From positions 96,001 to 160,000 of the forward strand of contig OZ242186.1 in NCBI GenBank assembly GCA_965205675.1: DNA of 64,000 bases. The letters are read 5' to 3'. This document shows positions 9,133-18,070 of the stretch, piece by piece. Numbering within the stretch: the first letter of the stretch is position 1; every line of letters begins with the position of its first letter. Source of the stretch: Nitrosopumilus sp. (lineage in GTDB: Archaea; Thermoproteota; Nitrososphaeria; Nitrososphaerales; Nitrosopumilaceae). A program made the translations under genes and the position numbers. Under the pieces are notes generated by a model. The model saw only the letters and a program-made list of their open reading frames with translations, was not told the DNA's origin and searched no databases.

Positions 9133-10218
9133 ATGTTGAAAATTGCAATTAACACCCCTATTGTAGGCAAAGAAGAGATTTCTGCAGTTGCATCTGTGCT
9201 AAAAAATGGTACATTAACTTCTTCAGATAATTTGGGAGGAAAATATGTTAAAGATTTTGAAAAATCTGTATCATCTTTTGTAAATTCAAAGTATGCTATT
9301 GCAGTTAATTCAGGCACTGCAGCTTTACAGGCAGCTCTTTTAGCATTGGATATCAAAAAAGGAGATGAAGTTTTAATTCCTTCATTTACATTTGTAGCAA
9401 CTGCAAATGCTGTTGTTTCCACTGGAGCAAAACCTGTTTTTGTTGATATCTTAAAAGAAAATTATACCGTAGATCCTGATGATATAGAAAAAAAAATTAC
9501 TAAAAAAACTAAAGCAATAATTCCAGTTCATTTGTATGGAAACGTTGCAATTATTGAGAGACTTTCTGAAATATCTAAAAAATACAACATTTTCATCATT
9601 GAAGATTCTGCACAATCTTTAGGATCTACTTACAAGGGAAAATACACTGGAACTTTCTTTGAAATGGGATGTTATAGCATGTATCCTGCTAAAGTAATGA
9701 CTGCTGGTGAAGGTGGTTTTATTACAACTAATAACAAAAATCTTAGAGATAAACTATTAATGATTAGAAATCATGGAATGGTTCACGGATATGATACAAA
9801 GATATTTGGTTTGAATTTACGATTGCCCGAAATTAATGCTGCAATAGCTACTGTTCAAATGAAAAAACTTCCAAAATTTTTAAAATCTAGAAAAAATAAT
9901 GCTAAACTTTTATCAAAATTATTATCTGATCTTAAGATTTCATTACCTGTAGAAAGAAAAAATGAAAATGTAAATTGGTATCTTTATACAATATCAACTA
10001 ACAAACGTAATAAATTATTAAAAAAATTAAATGAAAAAGAAATAGGTGCAACGTCATACTATCCAATACCAATTCACAAAACTCCATTTTACAAATTACA
10101 AACAAAACTCCCAATTACTGATTGGGCTTCTTCTAATGTACTATCTTTACCAATCCATCCAGATATAACTCAAAAAAATATCGAATTTATTGCTAAAACA
10201 ATTCATGAAATATTATGA
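9133..10218 (+). CDS. DegT/DnrJ/EryC1/StrS PLP-dependent aminotransferase
   Basis: NSGTAAL, PVHLYG, IEDSAQS, SMYPAK...GEGG. Confidence 0.92.
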   Translation: MLKIAINTPIVGKEEISAVASVLKNGTLTSSDNLGGKYVKDFEKSVSSFVNSKYAIAVNSGTAALQAALLALDIKKGDEVLIPSFTFVATANAVVSTGAKPVFVDILKENYTVDPDDIEKKITKKTKAIIPVHLYGNVAIIERLSEISKKYNIFIIEDSAQSLGSTYKGKYTGTFFEMGCYSMYPAKVMTAGEGGFITTNNKNLRDKLLMIRNHGMVHGYDTKIFGLNLRLPEINAAIATVQMKKLPKFLKSRKNNAKLLSKLLSDLKISLPVERKNENVNWYLYTISTNKRNKLLKKLNEKEIGATSYYPIPIHKTPFYKLQTKLPITDWASSNVLSLPIHPDITQKNIEFIAKTIHEIL

Positions 10219-10682
10219 ATGCAATTGGTGAGGTTATTGGTGAGTTATGTAAGGTTATTTTGCCCATCAATGAAGAATTCCATCTTGGAAATTCAAAATC
10301 TTCAGTAGCAGTTTGTACGCTTTCAAGCATAGATTTACTGAAGAGTTTTGCAAATTTTGAAGTTCTGAATAAAATATCAATTGCAGGAAGATTATTGTCT
10401 GAAAATAAAGGAATTGATTCTATAATCAAATATGTTAATCAAAACCCCCAAGTTACTACAATAATTGTTTGTGGAAAAGAAGTCTGTGGACACAAATCTG
10501 GTCATTCTTTATTTGAATTACACAAAAATGGAATTGATCAAAATAATAGAATAATTAACTCTAGTAGCCCGGATCCATTTCTTACAGTATCTAAATCACA
10601 AATAAAACATTTTCAAGAAAATGTAAGTCTTGTAAATATGATTAATCAAACAAATTTTAAATTAATTTTGTCTAAATTTTAG
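10215..10682 (+). CDS. Stand-alone MtrA-like protein
   Basis: VAVCTLSS, ENKGID.II, CGKEVCGHKSGHSL..LH.NGID; no membrane anchor. Confidence 0.85.
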   Translation: MNAIGEVIGELCKVILPINEEFHLGNSKSSVAVCTLSSIDLLKSFANFEVLNKISIAGRLLSENKGIDSIIKYVNQNPQVTTIIVCGKEVCGHKSGHSLFELHKNGIDQNNRIINSSSPDPFLTVSKSQIKHFQENVSLVNMINQTNFKLILSKF

Positions 10683-11032
10683 TATCCATTTAGTTGTCTT
10701 TCACGATTTATCTCGTTTTTCTTTTCGTATTCATCTAAAATATCATCAGGTGTTAATTTTAATTCTAAAGATGTTTGCACAACAAAATGCCAAATATCAA
10801 TTAATTCTTCTCGTGCTGCTACTTTATTAAATTCAACTGGTGTTTTCCACCATTTCCAATTTGTGGTTCTCTGTAATTCGACTGCTTCATGCATAATTGC
10901 CGTACATAAAGCTGAAACTCTTCCTTCAGGAGTTTTTGGATATCTATCTAATTTCATCATATTTGATAGATCTTGTTGAAGTTTGAATATTGTATCTAAT
11001 CGATCTTCTTTTTCAGCTGTTTCTTGTGCCAA
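10679..11032 (-). CDS. Dimeric all-alpha dUTPase (MazG-like fold)
   Basis: HEAVEL...WKWWK...EELIDIWHF...KNEIN.ERQ..GY. Confidence 0.88.
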   Translation of the reverse strand: MAQETAEKEDRLDTIFKLQQDLSNMMKLDRYPKTPEGRVSALCTAIMHEAVELQRTTNWKWWKTPVEFNKVAAREELIDIWHFVVQTSLELKLTPDDILDEYEKKNEINRERQLNGY

Positions 11033-11071
11033 TGATAAATTAATTTAAGAAATAATTAAACTTAAGTCTTT

Positions 11072-11965
11072 TTAGAAATGGATCATTTTTTCATATGTCT
11101 TGATACGTTTTGCGATATCACCTTTTTTTATTTTTATTAATCCTTCTAAACCATATTTCTCAACAGCAAATGATCCTAAAACATTCCCATAAACTACTGC
11201 TTTTTTAATATCCCATATCTTAGTGGATTTTTTACTTGCAAGATATCCTATCATTGCTCCGGCAAATGAATCACCTGCACCTGTAGGATCTACAACATCT
11301 TCCAAAGAAAATCCTGCAGTTGGAAAAATTACATCATCATGAAACATTAACGAACCATGTTCTCCTTTCTTAATGATGACATATTTTGCACCCCATTGCA
11401 TCATTTTTTTGGCACATTTTATCAAATTGAATTCTTTTGTTAGAAGCTTGGCCTCTTCATCATTAATTACAACTGCGTCTACTGCTTTAATCATCTTAAT
11501 TACTGCATTACGTTTGGTAGAAATCCAAAAATCTATTGTGTCACACATAGAAAATTTAATTTTATCAAATTCTTTAAGAAGGGCTGTATTTTGTTCTGGA
11601 TCATTATTTGCTAGATAGACAAATTGAGATTTTTTATAAGCTTCAGGTACAGTTGCTTTAAAATCACCAAGCACATTTAATTCAGTTTTTAATGTTGATC
11701 TTGTACTAAGTGTACTGTCATATTTTCCATCATAACGAAATGTTTTACCCTTCTTGATAGTTAATCCTTGCAAATCAAGATATTTTGATAAAATTTTATG
11801 ATGTGATTTAGAAAAGTCTTTTCCAACTACAGCAATTAAACCTGTATCCACAAAATTACTAGCAGAAATAGCTGCAAATGTAGCTGCTCCACCTAAAACA
11901 TTCTTTAGTGTTTTTTTTGGAGTTCTAATTGTATCCAGTGCTGTAGAACCAAAAACGGTAAGCAT
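11072..11965 (-). CDS. PfkB-family carbohydrate/nucleoside kinase
   Basis: LGGAATF, KKGEHG, DPTGAGDSFAG. Confidence 0.92.
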   Translation of the reverse strand: MLTVFGSTALDTIRTPKKTLKNVLGGAATFAAISASNFVDTGLIAVVGKDFSKSHHKILSKYLDLQGLTIKKGKTFRYDGKYDSTLSTRSTLKTELNVLGDFKATVPEAYKKSQFVYLANNDPEQNTALLKEFDKIKFSMCDTIDFWISTKRNAVIKMIKAVDAVVINDEEAKLLTKEFNLIKCAKKMMQWGAKYVIIKKGEHGSLMFHDDVIFPTAGFSLEDVVDPTGAGDSFAGAMIGYLASKKSTKIWDIKKAVVYGNVLGSFAVEKYGLEGLIKIKKGDIAKRIKTYEKMIHF

Positions 11966-11976
11966 TTGTTGAGAAA

Positions 11977-12441
11977 CTAATTTTGATGTATAAATTCTCT
12001 TGCTTGTTCTTCTGTTGGATAGTATACAAATGGAACATCTATGGATGTAATTCCCAAATCATATTTTATTACTCCTGAAATCTTTATTGAATGTGACTCA
12101 TCCGAATTAACATCAGTATGGAAAGTTCCTTTTACATAGCTACTACTTAATGGTTGTACAATAAATGATTCTAGATTTCCTTTTCCAATAATCTCATCAT
12201 TAGAAATTACAAAAAACTCTGTTTCTCCTGTAGTCAATATCATCAATGAAGGATTTTCAAATTTTAATTCAACATTATAATTTGCACCTTGATCATTTTG
12301 ATTTATTAATTCACTCTGATTTATGCTCACTTGAATCTGTGAAGCAGATGCATATTGTGAATATCCAAAAATACTCATGCCTAATACAAACAGAACAATT
12401 ATGCCTGTTTTTTTAGAAGATTCCATGACTAGTTTTTCCAA
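11977..12441 (-). CDS. Membrane-anchored LEA_2/WHy-like protein
   Basis: N-terminal TM, 'LKFENPS' beta-sandwich pattern. Confidence 0.55.
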   Translation of the reverse strand: MEKLVMESSKKTGIIVLFVLGMSIFGYSQYASASQIQVSINQSELINQNDQGANYNVELKFENPSLMILTTGETEFFVISNDEIIGKGNLESFIVQPLSSSYVKGTFHTDVNSDESHSIKISGVIKYDLGITSIDVPFVYYPTEEQAREFIHQN

Positions 12442-12556
12442 ATTTACATTTAACTTGAAGAGAAAAAAATCACAATAAATTGTGTAAAAGTTTTGATCTA
12501 ATCTTTAAGCTCCTTAGAGCTAACAGAATAAATCCAAAATAAATGATGAAACTATA

Positions 12557-13042
12557 GTGGCTAGAATTAAACTCAAACTAGGAGAAAATGAAATTGAAGT
12601 CGACTCTAGAGATTTTTATGTTGATAATCAAACATTAGGTGAAATTATTGAAAGTATTTCTCAATATTTGCCTGAAAATCACGATAAAATTGTATATCAA
12701 TCTGAATCCACTCAACTATCACCAACAATTAATAATTCTACACAATTTGGTTTAGAATATCTAGATGATGCTGAAGCATATGAGCCTGAATTCAGTGAAC
12801 CAAAATACATCACTTTACATGAAATTAAACCAAAACTAAGGATTTTAGAGACAAGCAAATTCTTTGATTTACCTAGAACAGCTACTGAAACTGTTCAGCA
12901 ACTTCGAGAATATGGTTGGGCTGCTAGTCCGTTAGATGTATCAAAAGCTTTGGCAAAAATGGCTTCTAACAAAGAAATCATGAAAAATTCTGAAAAAAAT
13001 CGTACTCATTACTTTGTTCAAGAACAATTAGTTACTAACTAA
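12557..13042 (+). CDS. Hypothetical protein with C-terminal winged helix
   Basis: FFDLPRTATETVQQLREYGW...VSKALAKM...HYF. Confidence 0.65.
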   Translation: MARIKLKLGENEIEVDSRDFYVDNQTLGEIIESISQYLPENHDKIVYQSESTQLSPTINNSTQFGLEYLDDAEAYEPEFSEPKYITLHEIKPKLRILETSKFFDLPRTATETVQQLREYGWAASPLDVSKALAKMASNKEIMKNSEKNRTHYFVQEQLVTN

Positions 13043-13226
13043 CACTATAATTACATTTTTTACACTCTGAAAAAATTTCTCCATCCAAGTGATCAAAATG
13101 TGTATGACATTGTTTACATGTATGATGCATATCAAAATATCCATCTTTTTCTATCTCTCCAATTCTATTTGATTCTAAATTCATGTTTTTACACTTTATA
13201 CAATGACAACCACATTCGATTTTCAT
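13035..13226 (-). CDS. Small Cys/His-rich metal-binding protein
   Basis: CGCHCIKC, HHTCKQC, CKKC in 63 aa. Confidence 0.75.
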   Translation of the reverse strand: MKIECGCHCIKCKNMNLESNRIGEIEKDGYFDMHHTCKQCHTHFDHLDGEIFSECKKCNYSVS

Positions 13227-13274
13227 GACTATTCTCAGATAATGTATGTATAGTTGAAATGACTATACAAATCA

Positions 13275-13430
13275 TTGGAAAAGAAACGTGAGATACCCAT
13301 AGAAATTGATGATCATTTCAAGCTTTTCGGAAAAGAACCATGGGAAGTAGACTATGGTGACAAATGTGTCATTTGTAATGTTAGAATTGATGAATATGGT
13401 TTCTGTTCTTGTGGTTCTAGTGGAGATTAA
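13275..13430 (+). CDS. 51-aa zinc-finger microprotein (not in ORF track)
   Basis: TTG start; MEKKREIPIEIDDHFKLFGKEPWEVDYGDKCVICNVRIDEYGFCSCGSSGD*. Confidence 0.75.
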   Translation: MEKKREIPIEIDDHFKLFGKEPWEVDYGDKCVICNVRIDEYGFCSCGSSGD

Positions 13431-14310
13431 ATTTTCTAACCAATGGTAATATCATTATCATTAAAAATCCAATAGCTAATGGTGCAATAATTGGAAATTC
13501 AGGCACAACTGTTGTTCCTATGATTACAACTTCACCTGAAGTATCTGGTTTGATATTAACCCAAACATGAGTTCCATTGTTGATGTATTCATTAAAGTAA
13601 ATTTTTTTATCATCTAAAAATACTGTATATGGATTCCATAATAATTCTAGAGGTATTACAGTGGTAACAAATTGATTACCATCATTTACTTTGAAACTGA
13701 TCTGTTTTGAAGGTTGGTCAAACTCAAATTCTTCTATATTTGTAAATGTAATTATTTCTATCACAAACTCTCTATTTTCCCAATTCACATATTCAAAATT
13801 ACTTGGTTTATCAATTGAATATTCCAAAATCATTTCACACCCATGACATCTAAAACTTTTTTTCCCTTCCAAAAAAACTGGTCTTTCATTTATAAATAAT
13901 AATTCTATTTCTTCAGGAAGAACAAAAGTTGTTGTTTCAAGATATCTAAAATCTAATGCCCAAATATTATTTTTCAAAATTACAACATCATCAAGATTGT
14001 ATTTTACAAATACTATGTTCTGATCTGGCATAATAATAATACTGTCTGTTTCTTTTGTAATGTTCACTAGTTCACGCTCACCTAATTTATCTATCAATTC
14101 TAAATTAGAAACCGTACCTTCTACGAATTTTAATTGTCTTGATTCATTAGAATATTTAATTTGATGTATAACAACAACATTTCTTTCACTATCAATTGTA
14201 ATTTCAACGCCTACATGATCAACTTCAGCAATAGATTCTGTTTGAGCGTCGACTTGTGGAACTAAAATTACTGATAATATTAAAAAACTTGTGATGATTT
14301 TTAACTTCAT
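13417..14310 (-). CDS. Surface protein with PEF(G)-CTERM-like sorting signal
   Basis: Signal peptide; ends VVPEFP + TM helix + RK. Confidence 0.8.
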   Translation of the reverse strand: MKLKIITSFLILSVILVPQVDAQTESIAEVDHVGVEITIDSERNVVVIHQIKYSNESRQLKFVEGTVSNLELIDKLGERELVNITKETDSIIIMPDQNIVFVKYNLDDVVILKNNIWALDFRYLETTTFVLPEEIELLFINERPVFLEGKKSFRCHGCEMILEYSIDKPSNFEYVNWENREFVIEIITFTNIEEFEFDQPSKQISFKVNDGNQFVTTVIPLELLWNPYTVFLDDKKIYFNEYINNGTHVWVNIKPDTSGEVVIIGTTVVPEFPIIAPLAIGFLMIMILPLVRKFNLH

Positions 14311-14790
14311 TTATTTCACAGTAACATGAGTCATTTGTGCTTTTTTTAATGGACAATCATTTCCATCTCTATCAAGATTAACAATCTTATCTGCAATGTC
14401 CATTCCTTCAATAACTTCACCAAATACAGTATATTCTCTGTCTAAAAATGCACTATCAGCGGTAACAATGAAAAATTGTGAACCTGCACTATCTGGATCT
14501 TGCGATCTAGCCATGGAAACTATGCCTCGCAAATGAGATCTTGAATTAAATTCGGCCTTGATATTGTATCCTGGTCCTCCCATCCCCCATGATCCTTTGT
14601 TGTCAGTTTTTGTATTAGGATCGCCTCCTTGAATCATAAATCCAGGGATAACTCTATGAAAAAGAGTCCCATCATAAAATCCATCCTTAACCAACTTTTC
14701 AAAATTTCTTACAGTCTCTGGAGCTAATTCAGGTAGCAGTTTAAATAAAATTTTTCCCAAATTAGTTTCAATACTTATCGTAGTCATCAT
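14311..14790 (-). CDS. Cyclophilin-type peptidyl-prolyl isomerase
   Basis: FHRVIPGFMIQGGD, SMAR, AGSQFFI. Confidence 0.95.
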   Translation of the reverse strand: MMTTISIETNLGKILFKLLPELAPETVRNFEKLVKDGFYDGTLFHRVIPGFMIQGGDPNTKTDNKGSWGMGGPGYNIKAEFNSRSHLRGIVSMARSQDPDSAGSQFFIVTADSAFLDREYTVFGEVIEGMDIADKIVNLDRDGNDCPLKKAQMTHVTVK

Positions 14791-15031
14791 GCTGACTTTG
14801 TAAATACATCTTAATAGTCTTTTGTGAAAATGATTTAGAATATTCTCATAGATATTTTAACAATGTTGAAAAATCCATAATAATTTGTATGGTTTTCACT
14901 AGAAAATTTATTTATCTATACTTTAGATTTTTTTTAATTTGATTATTATATAATGATCTTAATTTATTGTATATGATAATTTTGAAATTCTAAAAGTTAT
15001 AGTGTTATATAGAACAATTAAAATTTAAAAT

Positions 15032-15268
15032 TTGTTGAATCGTACAAACCAAAGCACGATAATTAAAGAAGCGATTAATTCTTATCTTGAGAAAGGGGTA
15101 ACCGACAAACAAGATATCTACACAAAAGTAGTTGATGAACTTGGAGTCCCAAGACCAACTGTAAGAAGAGTTGCAAGAGATCTAAGAACTGAATTATTGC
15201 AAAAAATACAAATCTTACAATCAGATATGCCAAAAGCAATTGTTTCTACCTCTGAAGAAGACGAATAA
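15032..15268 (+). CDS. Small HTH DNA-binding protein
   Basis: VVDELGVPRPTVRRVARDL. Confidence 0.7.
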   Translation: MLNRTNQSTIIKEAINSYLEKGVTDKQDIYTKVVDELGVPRPTVRRVARDLRTELLQKIQILQSDMPKAIVSTSEEDE

Positions 15269-15350
15269 ACTTGGCTCTTTTTTCTTTTTAATTATGTTAT
15301 TTTATGATTTTTAGCATTACTATTATAAATAATGAAATTTTCAAACAATT

Positions 15351-15821
15351 ATGGGATATGTTGGTAACCATTTAGCTACGCTAGTAACTGGTATTTTTGC
15401 AGCAGTGTTAACTGGACTCTGGCCTTGGTTTGTAGATTTTGCCCCTATCCTAAACTTTGTTTTCATCATGGCAGTACCAATCACATGGTTCATGACTTTC
15501 ACATGTTGGATTTCACAAAAAAGTACTGATTACATGCATAATCATGTACCACCTCACAGTGAAAAAAAAAGCTTGACTCAAACACAAATTATTGAAGCTG
15601 TAGGCACTCAAGTTAGTCTTTCAGAAATCAAACAAATTCAAGACGAATTGTCTCTTGAATTAAACAGTGTCAAAGAATCTGTAAAGATTAAAGACAGTGA
15701 AATTGAAAGATTAAATCAAGAAATTTTAAATCTTGAAACTCTTGTTCAGATTGAATCATTAAAAACTGAACTAACTAATCTCAAAATGTTAGCTTCTGAA
15801 AGAAAAACTAAGAGTAAATAG
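15351..15821 (+). CDS. Two-TM protein with C-terminal coiled coil
   Basis: Two hydrophobic helices, then an E/K/L heptad region. Confidence 0.7.
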   Translation: MGYVGNHLATLVTGIFAAVLTGLWPWFVDFAPILNFVFIMAVPITWFMTFTCWISQKSTDYMHNHVPPHSEKKSLTQTQIIEAVGTQVSLSEIKQIQDELSLELNSVKESVKIKDSEIERLNQEILNLETLVQIESLKTELTNLKMLASERKTKSK

Positions 15822-15825
15822 ATCT

Positions 15826-15945
15826 TTAATCTTTACAATGACAACAAACTTCACCATGATTTTCTTTGCAACTGGGACAACTTACTGCACCCCCAAAATG
15901 ACATTTACACGAACATAATTCAGTTGAGTCTTTTTTCAAATCCAT
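15826..15945 (-). CDS. 39-aa metallothionein-like microprotein (not in ORF track)
   Basis: MDLKKDSTELCSCKCHFGGAVSCPSCKENHGEVCCHCKD*; 8 Cys + 3 His. Confidence 0.7.
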   Translation of the reverse strand: MDLKKDSTELCSCKCHFGGAVSCPSCKENHGEVCCHCKD

Positions 15946-16214
15946 GATCATTATTATTAGAGAATACACATATTTGATTTTTATATTTTAAATATAAATA
16001 ATTTTTTTATATACCATGATTATTCATGATTTATTTTTTTTAAATTACATTATAATTGATCTTACTTGTTAGTTAAAATATTCTGTAATATAGTTACTTT
16101 CTATAACTAATAAAAAAATAGTTTAATAAACAATTTTTTGAATTATAAAACCATTCATTTTACAGATATTTTATATATTAACAACTTTTAGAAAAAGTCT
16201 TAGTGATTAGGTAT

Positions 16215-17227
16215 CTATTGTACCTGACATATATTTCAACAATAGATCAAACAGTTGTAATCTCTATTATTATATCTCCATTACATCTCTTTGATGTACA
16301 ACAAGAACTTTTCTGAACTGACTCATGATGTTTTGCTATGTTCTCTTTGGCAAAACTCCAAAATCCTTCGATTCTACTGATGTATACATCGCCTTTCCCA
16401 AATATTTTACTGTGGTTTATTGAGAGATGTTTGTATCCACCAAACACAGTGAATCGTATCCTCTCTATTTATTAGTATACACGATACCCTCCTTCTTCAT
16501 TTTTCTAATCGTATTTTTTAGAAGAGTTTTAGCTTTGACATTGTTTACAATCTCAACGTGAACTTTGTCATTTCTTTCTAGTATTTCCAAATACTATGGT
16601 TTTGTTTTTGGCACCACGTCCACGATTTTCCTTTCTTTCACCTCCAAATATGCCGCCTTCCTAGCCTCAATTTTATCCCTGAAAACCTTGTCAGTCTTCA
16701 AATATTGATATCTAATTACATCAAATACCTTTAGTGTTGTTTTGTAGTTTAACTGGATTTGCTCTGATGCAGTCTTTGTAGATACGAATAATTCAAAGAG
16801 TTTGATTAGTGATAACCATTTGGAGTATTGGATTCTAATCAATGAGAACTTGGAAGCAGAAAACGGTTTGAAATTTTTTTGGCATTTTGTGCATCTCATT
16901 TTGTCTCTACTTTCTATGGCGTATAGGATGTTTTACTTTTGTAAAAAGGACAGGGAAAATTCTTAGTATATTTTAATTCTAACAATTGTACTAACAATTG
17001 TACTAACAATTGTACTAACAATTGTACTAACAATTGTACTAACAATTGTACTAACAATTGTACTAACAATTGTACTAACAATTGTACTAACAATTGTACT
17101 AACAATTGTACTAACAATTGTACTAACAATTGTACTAACAATGATTAATTAGAGATTGTTTTTGCAAATGATACAAAATCCATCTAAATTTATTCTCAAA
17201 CATTCCATAATAATCTAGGGACAATAG
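16215..17227 (-). mobile_element. Degraded IS1595-family insertion sequence
   Basis: Fragments across frames: CPF.KS..RCTKC zinc ribbon, FGGERKENRGRGAKNKTIVFG, ILERNDKVHVEIV, VYTNK*RGYDSL, IEGFWSFAKE. Imperfect terminal IRs CTATTGTACCT / CTATTGTCCCT. Confidence 0.85.
16979..17142. repeat. Perfect tandem repeat (AACAATTGTACT) x13.5
   Basis: 13 identical 12-bp units from 16981 to 17136 plus partial units at both ends. Confidence 0.98.
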
Positions 17228-17370
17228 TACTCAGTCATCAAATTCTTTAGATGAAATACAAAATATATCATATTATCTGATTTTTTGAATGATATTGAAT
17301 TGTATTTCTTATAACTCAAAACTTTCAAACTATTGTATGAATCAAAACTACAGTCAAAGTCACATTAAGG

Positions 17371-17913
17371 CTAATTTTGATGTAGTTTTGAAGCAATTGC
17401 TATTGTTTCATCTACCATTTCTTTTAGTCTATTTTTAGCATCTTCGTCAGTTACTAAATTATCTGCCACTGATTCTGTAGTTAGAAACACAGCCTTTGGA
17501 TTTGCAATCACTCTGAAATATGATAGTAGTTGAGTGATTAATGTTTGAACATTGATAAAACCAATGTTTCCTGCAGCTAAAATTGTTATTCCAGCAATTT
17601 TCCCTGGTGTTTTTTTGTAATTTACATATTCAAACAGATTCTTCAATGCTGAACTAAAAAATGAATTATAGATTGGAGAACCAATTAACCATACATCTGC
17701 ATCCATGATATCCTTTGCGGCATCTTTTGTTGTTTTATTGTACTCTATATCTGGTCCTCTATAGTATTCTACTTTGTCTTCAGAAAGATTGATCAATTTT
17801 GTATTTTGGTTTATAGATTTAGTATATTCAAAAACATATTTCATTATGATTTGTGTATTAGCATTTTTTCTTGGACTGCCAGAAATCACAACAATTTTCA
17901 TATCTTCAGCCAT
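17371..17913 (-). CDS. NAD(P)H-dependent FMN reductase
   Basis: ISGSPRKNANT, SPIYNSFFSSALKN. Confidence 0.9.
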   Translation of the reverse strand: MAEDMKIVVISGSPRKNANTQIIMKYVFEYTKSINQNTKLINLSEDKVEYYRGPDIEYNKTTKDAAKDIMDADVWLIGSPIYNSFFSSALKNLFEYVNYKKTPGKIAGITILAAGNIGFINVQTLITQLLSYFRVIANPKAVFLTTESVADNLVTDEDAKNRLKEMVDETIAIASKLHQN

Positions 17914-17953
17914 TTGTCTTTGTATTTAAATTTCAATTAACTGATAAAATAAA

Positions 17954-18046
17954 CGGGCTTGGAGGGCTTCGATCCCTCGACCTGTAACTTAGGAGGCTAC
18001 TGCGCTATCCATATTGCACGTCAAATTGACTCTGCGCTACAAGCCC
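17954..18046 (-). tRNA. tRNA-Arg(CCT) with ~18-nt non-canonical D-loop intron
   Basis: Acceptor GGGCTTG/CAAGCCC, anticodon arm GTAGC-CTCCTAA-GTTAC, extra AGTCAATTTGACGTGCAA after position 15. Confidence 0.92.
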
Positions 18047-18070
18047 AGCAAAAAAAACATTCTTAATTAT

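Noticed and set aside
10215-10682. Evidence for methanogenesis
   Set aside because: A lone MtrA-like gene without other mtr/mcr genes in an AOA-type genome.
14791-16214. Very AT-rich intergenic tracts (14.8-15.0 kb and 15.95-16.2 kb) as an origin or ncRNA
   Set aside because: No repeats or structure that I could support; consistent with promoter DNA in an accessory patch.
16914-17141. 75-aa (LLVQ)n ORF
   Set aside because: Translation of the 12-bp tandem repeat running into the broken transposase start; no independent evidence of a gene.
16981-17142. Tandem array as CRISPR or replication-origin iterons
   Set aside because: No spacers, no ORB-like G-string and no cdc6/orc1 in the window.
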